From Eubacterium sp. (lineage in GTDB: Bacteria; Bacillota; Clostridia; Peptostreptococcales; Anaerovoracaceae), in NCBI GenBank assembly GCA_050946615.1, contig JBMNVD010000003.1:4177-68176 (forward strand): a stretch of 64,000 nucleotides of DNA. The letters are read 5' to 3'. Below the pieces are notes generated by a model. It was given only the letters and a program-made list of their open reading frames with translations, did not search any database and was not told the origin of the DNA. The translations under genes were made by a program, and so were the position numbers. This document shows, one piece after another, positions 57,116 through 64,000 of this stretch. Numbering within the stretch: the first letter of the stretch is position 1; every line of letters starts with the position of its first letter.

Positions 57116-58138
57116 TCATACCCAGAGCGGATCATCCCATAGGTAGAACTTCTGGCCGATACCCATGGCTTTTGCCTTATGATACAGCGAGTCTGCGATG
57201 GCTATGTCGACGGCGCCCATCCCCATGCTCTTGCAGTAGATGAGCTGATCGTCGCTCGTGCGCCCGGGATCCTCGCCCGTCGCGAGTTTTTTGATTTCGA
57301 CGACGTCGCTCTCGTGCAGTTTATCCTCCTGCACGAATTTTATGACCGAAGGCATCATATGAGAGATCTGTTCCCAACTATCCATGTATAGTTTGTCGGC
57401 CTGAAGCATCAGTTCCGGATCGAAAGAAGCTGACTCCATCTGAATGAGGGTCGCATTCTTTTTGATGTTGGAGGAATCGATGAAAGGCTTGCGCGAAGTC
57501 GTCTCGGTGACGATGAGGTCGGCGCCTTTTACGGCTTCATCGGCGGAAGTATAAGGCACCACGTTATATTTGCCTTCGTTCTCCTTTGCAAGACCGATAG
57601 CTTTTGACTCGTCGAGGTCGACTATGCGGATCTCCTTTAAGTTCGGCATCGTCTCTCCTATTGCCATTATCATCGTCCTGCCGATGACGCCCGCACCTAT
57701 CAAAGCCGCGACCTCGGAATTTTTCCTTGCCGTGTATTTCGCGAATACTCCAGCACAAGCAGAAGTGCGCATCGCCGTTGTTATCGTTCCGTCCATGAAA
57801 GCCTTCGGGAACATCGTCAGCGGATCGCTCAGCACCACGCAGTCGATACCGTACGGAACGCCTTCAAGAGTAGTGTTATACACCGACTCGGCCGCCCATT
57901 TGAATCCCATTACAGGTTCGTCGCCTCCGATATACGCAGGCATCGACATTCCGTACGACTGCCAGTGCTCTTTGTCAGGTATCGCAAGTTGGATCTTCGC
58001 GGGCATTATTACCTTGCCTTCACCCATCATCTTATATGTATGTTCCACTGCCTTCAGGATCTCCTTCATATCGAGCAGCCCTGCCCTGATCTCATCTTCC
58101 TGCTTCAAAAGCAGTATTTCAGGTTTTATCTGTGCCAT
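57116..58138 (-). CDS. Ornithine cyclodeaminase / mu-crystallin family protein
   Basis: The 340-aa protein has the Rossmann motif LIGAGVIGRTM in the position and context typical of the OCD/mu-crystallin family. The specific substrate is unknown. Confidence 0.65.
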   Translation of the reverse strand: MAQIKPEILLLKQEDEIRAGLLDMKEILKAVEHTYKMMGEGKVIMPAKIQLAIPDKEHWQSYGMSMPAYIGGDEPVMGFKWAAESVYNTTLEGVPYGIDCVVLSDPLTMFPKAFMDGTITTAMRTSACAGVFAKYTARKNSEVAALIGAGVIGRTMIMAIGETMPNLKEIRIVDLDESKAIGLAKENEGKYNVVPYTSADEAVKGADLIVTETTSRKPFIDSSNIKKNATLIQMESASFDPELMLQADKLYMDSWEQISHMMPSVIKFVQEDKLHESDVVEIKKLATGEDPGRTSDDQLIYCKSMGMGAVDIAIADSLYHKAKAMGIGQKFYLWDDPLWV

Positions 58139-58492
58139 TTTATTAAGCCTCCGATTAAATTAAGCAGATGTAATTATAGTGCATAAAATCTACATTTCTA
58201 ATTATATTTATTCATACAGGAAAGTCAACAGGAAAATTTTATTTTTTGTTAAAAATAGTATTGACAAGACGTTTGGATGGTATTAGTGTATGTATATTCG
58301 TTAAAGTGCATAAATATTTACGGTTAATTATTCATCGAGGTGTTACGGTGAAACATTCGGCACACCGGCACGGATAGGCAGCATTAACAAAAAGCGATGT
58401 GGATGTTTTAAGAAGAAAAGATATCTCAATCAAAGAAAATGTTTGATGCAGAGTGAATGTGCCGTGAAATGTGAAAGGGGTATTTGAACAAA

Positions 58493-59317
58493 ATGAAAGG
58501 GGCAAGTTTTAAAAAGTCAGCAAAAGCTGCCGCTATTATTATCAGTGCGGCAATGGTCATGACACTGTTCGCGTGCGGTTCAAGTCAAACCGACAGCAGC
58601 ACAAGCACAAGTGATGAGAAAGAAACGTACACAGTTGCCACCGAGGCTACATATCCGCCTTTTGAGTCTACCGAGGAAGACGGTACACTCGTAGGCGTCG
58701 ACATCGATCTGATGGAGGCGATCGCCGAGGATCAGGGATTCGAGATCGAATGGGTCAACATGGCTTTTGATTCGCTATTCCCTGCTCTCAATTCCGGGAA
58801 CGCCGACATAGTCGCCGCTGCAGTCTCATCCAATCCGGAGCGAGCCGAAAATGCCGATTTCTCCGACGGATATTACGAGTCCGGTTCGTGCATCATGGTC
58901 ACCGAAGATTCAGATTATAACTCTATCGACGACTTGGACAGCAATGCTAAGATCGCATGTCAGATCGGTACGACTATACAAGAGAATGTCCAGGCGCTCG
59001 TCGACGAAGGCAAAGGCGGCGAAGTCGTTGCGCTCGACACTTTCAGCACTTCCGTCATGCAGCTTAAAAACGGAGACGTTCAGGCGGTCGCTTCAGAGAG
59101 CATCGTCATAGATGAATACATGGCGGAAAATCCCGGATTCAAAAAAATAGGCCAGATACCTAACGTTTCGGGAAGCGACGACACTCTGCGCTTCGCAGTT
59201 GCAAAGGGAAACACAGAACTGCTCGATAAGATAAACCAAGGTCTCGCGGACATCGTCGAAAGCGGCAAATACCAGGAAATAATGGACAAATACAGCCTTA
59301 CGGGTATGTACGACTGA
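58493..59317 (+). CDS. Amino-acid ABC transporter substrate-binding lipoprotein (family 3 SBP), no cognate permease/ATPase adjacent
   Basis: It has the lipobox LFACGS and polar amino-acid SBP motifs (ATEATYPPFE, GVDIDLMEAIA, ALNSGNADIVAAAVS). The start is taken at the ATG at 58493, 12 nt after GAAAGGGG. Confidence 0.8.
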   Translation: MKGASFKKSAKAAAIIISAAMVMTLFACGSSQTDSSTSTSDEKETYTVATEATYPPFESTEEDGTLVGVDIDLMEAIAEDQGFEIEWVNMAFDSLFPALNSGNADIVAAAVSSNPERAENADFSDGYYESGSCIMVTEDSDYNSIDDLDSNAKIACQIGTTIQENVQALVDEGKGGEVVALDTFSTSVMQLKNGDVQAVASESIVIDEYMAENPGFKKIGQIPNVSGSDDTLRFAVAKGNTELLDKINQGLADIVESGKYQEIMDKYSLTGMYD

Positions 59318-59395
59318 AATCGAATATAAACAAAAATGCCTCACGGCCTTGCACGGCTGATGAGGCTGAAGTCGAACGGGACAAAATGACTACGG

Positions 59396-60238
59396 TCACT
59401 CCTCTGTTTTCCCGCTCGACAGCATCTCGCGGCGGTACCATGTGGTGCCGCCGATTTTCATTATTTCATCGGCATAACGCTTTATCAGGTAATCGTCATC
59501 CATGCCTTTTGCCAGCGTCCAAAGAAAATAGTCAAGCCTGACTTTCGCCAGATTCGTGCGATGGTCGCTGCGGTCCGGGTGCTCTGCGAAAGCCTCAAAT
59601 CCCATCTTGTAATCGCGTTTTGATATGACGCTCAGCATGACCGGAAGGTCTTCCGCCTCGCGGTACATATCCTCAAGCGGGCCGGTCGTGTCTATCTTCT
59701 GGCGTTCGACTTTCGCGGAATAAAGTGCATCGGACAGAACGCCCGCGTCTCCGTCTTCATAGGCATAGAACGCCTTCGCCAAAGCGAGCCGGAACCGGCC
59801 TTTTTCGTTCAGCGAGAATTTCCCGAAAACTTCCAGTACTTTTTTCCCATCGTCAAATCTGCCGGCTGAATGAAGAGCCATCGCGACGTTGAAACAGTGC
59901 TCGTCCCAGTCGGAGCCGGAAATGCCGGACGCGAGGAACGTCATATACTTTTTCATAAATACTTCCGGGTCGCATTTGTCGTTTAAAAGCGCTATCATGC
60001 GCTTTTTGGGGCCGATGGTAGTTTGATAGAGCGCGAGGACCATTACCATCAGCACCGGGACCGAGAGAGTCCCGTGCGGCATCTCCGTAAAATACGCTGC
60101 GGCGCAGAAAACAGCAGAGGCTATTGTCAAGCCGGAAAGCGCTTTTACGGTTTTGGCGGTCCTGTGCGATCTTGCCTCGTCGACGTCGGAAAACTCAAAG
60201 CCAGAGGCGTCCAGAATTGATTTGAATGTGAGGTTCAT
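59396..60238 (-). CDS. Hypothetical membrane protein: 2 TM segments plus a helical-repeat (TPR-like) domain
   Basis: The 280-aa protein has hydrophobic segments LSGLTIASAVFCAAAYF and LSVPVLMVMVLALYQTTI, followed by an all-helical-looking domain. It lies 70 nt downstream of the Hsp70-like gene on the same strand. Confidence 0.55.
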   Translation of the reverse strand: MNLTFKSILDASGFEFSDVDEARSHRTAKTVKALSGLTIASAVFCAAAYFTEMPHGTLSVPVLMVMVLALYQTTIGPKKRMIALLNDKCDPEVFMKKYMTFLASGISGSDWDEHCFNVAMALHSAGRFDDGKKVLEVFGKFSLNEKGRFRLALAKAFYAYEDGDAGVLSDALYSAKVERQKIDTTGPLEDMYREAEDLPVMLSVISKRDYKMGFEAFAEHPDRSDHRTNLAKVRLDYFLWTLAKGMDDDYLIKRYADEIMKIGGTTWYRREMLSSGKTEE

Positions 60239-60308
60239 GTCTGTATTTTTCAGTATTCTCGGATTGCGGTTATTTTTGGACGAATCGCGGTCATGCCGCG
60301 GTCTTACA

Positions 60309-62219
60309 TCAGCCCAGAGGTATCTCGACTACTTCTGCCATCTTTGTCAGGCACATCTCGATCTGGTCGGAGATGCCTGAGACCATTCTTTCGGTTATTT
60401 CCCGGTTCTTTTCGTCGTCGATGGACTCGTTGAATTTATCGATGATCTCGCCGGTCATCAGATCCATGCGGGATTTAAACGACGACTTCGGCACCAGCTT
60501 GCGCACCGGATTCGGTATGTCCGCGTTTAGCAGCGCGCTCTCCATTTTTTCTTTGCCGAGGACCAGAACAAGCATCGAAACGAGCACGCCAGCCATGATA
60601 CCGGTAGGTCCGCTCGATATCAGCGCCGCTCCGCCTCCTCCGCACAGAAGTCCTACGATTATCGTGATTATCGAATCGATAAGCCACGTTATCTCTTCCA
60701 CGGCAAACATGTCTTTTGCATCTATCTTTATCTCGATGTCAGACGCGGAAAGCAGCGACGAAAGCGAGAGCGCCGAATACGGCACGTTATGCTTCACACA
60801 GATCGGGACGGTGAATTCCTCAAGGGCAGTCGAGACATCGCGCAGCCATCCGGTAATAGGGCCTGAAAGGACATCGCGGGCGTCGTCCGTGTGCAGGTAC
60901 TCTTCCACTCTTTTTTCGAGTTCCGTATCGGTGTCTGAAAGCCTCCTGATTTTCCCGCTCTTCCATTCCTCAAAGACAGGAAGCGCGACTTTTTCCAAGA
61001 TCGGGTGCACCAAAGCCGAGATAGCGGCCTTATACAGGTCACGGATGCGCCCCGCGATTATCTCGTCGACTTTGCCGGAATTCAAGAATTCATCTATCTC
61101 CTGATGAAATTCGCGGAGTTCCTCGTCTATCCTGCCGCACCACGATAAGCCTCGTGAGACAGAGTATTCCGGCTCCACGCCGGTGATGACGATAGATTCC
61201 GGGAATACTTCGAGGCACCAGTCGCGGATAGCTTTCAGTCCCGAAACACCGCCCGTGAGGAAGATGAGTTCGGGTATCTGTCCGCTGATGTTATCGCGCA
61301 CGTCCTGCAGGCTCTGAACAAAGACCTGTTTGAACGACTTTCCGCCGAGTTTTGGGGTCTTCTTGTTCATGAGTTTGTCCGCGGTCTGCTCGTCCATTTT
61401 GATGGAGAGCCTCAGCGGCTCGCGATAGCGGATCATGACAGTCTCTTTGCACGGATGTTTGCTGAAATATTCCTCGGCCGAAAAATATTTTTCTTTGAGA
61501 TGGCGGGCCGCGAACTCACAGTAGGTGCGCCAAGGCTCGCTTTGTTTGAAAGCCGATCTGATGCGGCCGGAAAAAAGCGAATTTTCGACGGCCTCGTCCA
61601 GCAGTATCTCGTCCATGATGCCGCCGCCCAGAGATACCTCCCCGGCGGTCTGCATCTCGACTTCGCGTCCGCTCATGATATATGCGAAATCCGTCGTTGA
61701 CGAACCGATATCGACGACTAGCACAGGCTTTGACAAAATGTCGTATCCGACCTGCAGATACCTCGACTGGCACGCGCTGATAAGCGCCGCGCGCGATTCG
61801 GAGACTACTTTGAGCGGAGGATAACCGAGACGTTCGAAAATCGAGCGGTACCTTTCCCTGCTATTTTTGTCCCATCCCGCCGGACAGCCTATATAAAAGC
61901 AGCAGTCGTCGCCCTTTACGAGATAACCTTTCTTGTAAATCTCCGCCAAAACAGTGCCCGCAAAGTTTCTAACGTCGTCGTCGCTGTGCGGATCTGTCAG
62001 GAACCTGCTCTTGAACCTGAGTTTTCGCTCTATGGCGTCCGCTTCGTAGCAGGCCCTCTCACCGATTATTCTCCGGCCGTCTTTGAGCAGAGCGTAAGCG
62101 GTTATGAAACTGCCTGCCCCGCCTATTTCGAGGATCTCCGGAGCGGACTGATCGTTTTTATGAAGGACGGAAACCGCGCTTTCAGCGTCGCCCAGATCGA
62201 ATCCGTAAAACTTTTCCAT
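60309..62219 (-). CDS. Hsp70/actin-fold ATPase-like protein with C-terminal Gly-rich transmembrane hairpin
   Basis: The phosphate-1-like motif is YGFDLGDAESAVS, the phosphate-2-like motif VVDIGSSTTDFAYI...LGGGIMDE and the adenosine-like motif LIFLTGGVSGLKAI. No Hsp70 substrate-binding domain is recognisable. The C-terminus contains IITIIVGLLCGGGGAALISSGPTGIMAGVLVSMLVLVL. Confidence 0.7.
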   Translation of the reverse strand: MEKFYGFDLGDAESAVSVLHKNDQSAPEILEIGGAGSFITAYALLKDGRRIIGERACYEADAIERKLRFKSRFLTDPHSDDDVRNFAGTVLAEIYKKGYLVKGDDCCFYIGCPAGWDKNSRERYRSIFERLGYPPLKVVSESRAALISACQSRYLQVGYDILSKPVLVVDIGSSTTDFAYIMSGREVEMQTAGEVSLGGGIMDEILLDEAVENSLFSGRIRSAFKQSEPWRTYCEFAARHLKEKYFSAEEYFSKHPCKETVMIRYREPLRLSIKMDEQTADKLMNKKTPKLGGKSFKQVFVQSLQDVRDNISGQIPELIFLTGGVSGLKAIRDWCLEVFPESIVITGVEPEYSVSRGLSWCGRIDEELREFHQEIDEFLNSGKVDEIIAGRIRDLYKAAISALVHPILEKVALPVFEEWKSGKIRRLSDTDTELEKRVEEYLHTDDARDVLSGPITGWLRDVSTALEEFTVPICVKHNVPYSALSLSSLLSASDIEIKIDAKDMFAVEEITWLIDSIITIIVGLLCGGGGAALISSGPTGIMAGVLVSMLVLVLGKEKMESALLNADIPNPVRKLVPKSSFKSRMDLMTGEIIDKFNESIDDEKNREITERMVSGISDQIEMCLTKMAEVVEIPLG

Positions 62220-63079
62220 TACATACCACCTAACGCCACGCCTTTTTTAAGGAGTTTGCCCTCCGACAAAATGGCAGGCCTGATAGTGCCGCTGTCATGG
62301 CTCGGCATAACGTCAAAAAATTCTCTGTTCTCTTCGGAATAATCTATCACGTCGATTCCGTTCTTGTGCAGAAAATACGGTATCTGCTCGAGTTTATCCA
62401 GCGCGAACTGTCCGTCTTTGCTGTACGCGGCCTCAAGGAGCCCGGCTATCATGTCGGTCTCTTCCACGGTCAAAAGGTTCCTTCCCTGCTCGGCCGTCTT
62501 TTTCTTCAACTCGGACGCTTCTTTGTCCATCATCATTTCCAAGTCCTGATCCATGGTCATTATCGTCGTATGCAGGGAATTATATACTTTGTTCGGATCG
62601 ACGATAAGTTCTGTCCTGAATTCCTTTTTCGCTCCGACTCGCGACTTTCCTCGCATGCGGCCGGATATGTACATCAAAACGAGCGCGGCCGCCACGAACA
62701 AAACCGACAGAGAAGTTATCTTTATCTCGCCGCCCGATGAGAGAAGTGACGCAAAAGCGCAAACCACGGCGATTATCATGAAAACAATGAATGTCCCGGA
62801 GGTCGACTTGGTGCTGTCTTTTGCTTTGGTCTCCCAAATTTTCGCGTCGGTGACGCAGCCGGTAAGAGACGAAAGCGCTCCGGCCGAGTGTATCATGCAT
62901 GACGCGGCCTCCCGGCCAAGTTCGCTTTGGCAGTTTTCGTTGTACCTGTAGAGTATCTTATCCAGTTCGTCGATCAAAACGTCTTCGGCGTGTTTCTGGT
63001 CGTGTGAAGCGCTGAGATCGTTTATGAACCTGTCCTTATCCTCTTCGAGGAGGTCGAGCATTTTCATTTGGTTCCTCAT
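62219..63079 (-). CDS. Hypothetical 2-TM protein, translationally coupled to both neighbours
   Basis: The 286-aa protein has central hydrophobic segments FIVFMIIAVVCAFASLL and LSVLFVAAALVLMYISG, flanked by helical or charged regions. Its start overlaps the lipid kinase stop (ATGA) and its stop overlaps the Hsp70-like start (TAATG). Confidence 0.6.
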   Translation of the reverse strand: MRNQMKMLDLLEEDKDRFINDLSASHDQKHAEDVLIDELDKILYRYNENCQSELGREAASCMIHSAGALSSLTGCVTDAKIWETKAKDSTKSTSGTFIVFMIIAVVCAFASLLSSGGEIKITSLSVLFVAAALVLMYISGRMRGKSRVGAKKEFRTELIVDPNKVYNSLHTTIMTMDQDLEMMMDKEASELKKKTAEQGRNLLTVEETDMIAGLLEAAYSKDGQFALDKLEQIPYFLHKNGIDVIDYSEENREFFDVMPSHDSGTIRPAILSEGKLLKKGVALGGM

Positions 63080-64000
63080 TTCCTGCCGGAACTGCCGGAG
63101 CGTCTTGCCGGTGTCATTATCGTTATGGCGTGCTTCTGCACCTCGAATTCCATATTTTTGAATGAGCCGCCGTACTCTCCGTCAAGTGTCCATGAAATTT
63201 CATCTTCGGACGATATGGAAACTTTTTTTACTCTGTGGAACGAGATGTACTTATTGTCAAATTTGCCGTTGACCAGAGCGTTCGCCGTTGCGCTCAGTTC
63301 ATAGAAGTTTGCGGGCTTGTTTATCAACAGCATCTCGAATGTGCCGTCGTCTAATGAAATCGTTTTGTTTCCGGGGACGGCAAAGCCTCCGACCGAACTT
63401 GAACTGTATATCGCGCCGAAAACGTAGTCGCCCTCGGTCTCGAATGAATCCGCGGAGAATTTTATCCTCGCGGAGTAGTTGATGTTCTCCTGCAGGGTGC
63501 TCATCGCCTGAAGCAGATAGGCGGCGTGGCCGATGGCGTTCTTAAATGTCTGATTCGTGGAATACGTGACTTTGGTGAAGGCTCCGAACGCCCCGACGTA
63601 GTTGTAATAGCGGTTGTTCAGTCTGCCTATGTCGTATTTGAACGGAACTCCTGTGGCTATGGTCCTGCACGCGCCGGAAACCGTGACGGGAATGCCCATA
63701 TTCTTTGCGAAATCGTTGGTGCTTCCGGCGGGTATGTATCCGAGTATCGGGCGGTCTTCCTCGCGGAACTTCATCAGCCCGTTTATGACGTGGTTGAGTG
63801 TCCCGTCGCCTCCGCCGCAGACGATATAGTCGAATTCTCCGCCGACGCGGGCCATGACATCTTCGGAACCGAGGCCGGCCGTAGGTTCTACCGGGCGGAA
63901 CACCACATCAAAACCGTTAAGCGTAAAGTATTTTACTATGTTGTATACGGAGGATCCCAGTTTGCCTTTGCCTGCCGTACCGTTCAGAAGCAGAAGAAGT
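63076..64000 (-). CDS. Diacylglycerol kinase-family lipid kinase (YegS/BmrU/DagK type), 5' end outside the window
   Basis: The GGDGTLNHVING catalytic-domain motif is present. The reading frame stays open to the window edge, where my translation reads LLLLNGTAGKGKLGSSVYNIVKYFTLNGFDVVF, typical of the DAGK_cat N-terminus. Confidence 0.8.
   Translation of the reverse strand, partial: LLLLLNGTAGKGKLGSSVYNIVKYFTLNGFDVVFRPVEPTAGLGSEDVMARVGGEFDYIVCGGGDGTLNHVINGLMKFREEDRPILGYIPAGSTNDFAKNMGIPVTVSGACRTIATGVPFKYDIGRLNNRYYNYVGAFGAFTKVTYSTNQTFKNAIGHAAYLLQAMSTLQENINYSARIKFSADSFETEGDYVFGAIYSSSSVGGFAVPGNKTISLDDGTFEMLLINKPANFYELSATANALVNGKFDNKYISFHRVKKVSISSEDEISWTLDGEYGGSFKNMEFEVQKHAITIMTPARRSGSSGRK

Overview
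This is a gene-dense 64-kb chromosomal segment of a Firmicutes/Clostridia-type genome. All calls rest on reading motifs in the supplied ORF translations and in my own hand translations; no database search was run. About 60 of roughly 66 genes lie on the minus strand.

Most of the window is conserved housekeeping synteny:
- tig-clpP-clpX-lon-engB
- bcd-etfB-etfA
- yraN-comM-dprA-topA-hslV-hslU-codY-yigZ
- an ispH/S1 fusion
- mnmA, rlmN, and ileS with an Ile T-box leader
- rpsO-pnp, pyrR-lexA, and one tRNA-Arg(CCG)

Three regions are less ordinary.
1. A complete Tad/Flp-type pilus cluster at 29.9-36.9 kb. It includes a 44-aa Flp-like pilin gene that is too short for the ORF track, and a TadE-like pseudopilin with a tandem Cys/His motif. 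A 730-bp repeat-laden non-coding region lies next to it.
2. An orphan beta-class DNA methyltransferase wedged between mnmA and a tRNA.
3. A translationally coupled operon at the right edge (59.4-64.0 kb): lipid kinase, 2-TM protein, membrane-anchored Hsp70/actin-fold ATPase, 2-TM helical-repeat protein. I cannot assign it to any described system, and it is my best candidate for something new.

Many long plus-strand ORFs in the track are codon-aligned antisense artefacts of minus-strand genes. Several track ORFs also carry spurious N-terminal extensions; I trimmed these where the sequence supports an internal start.
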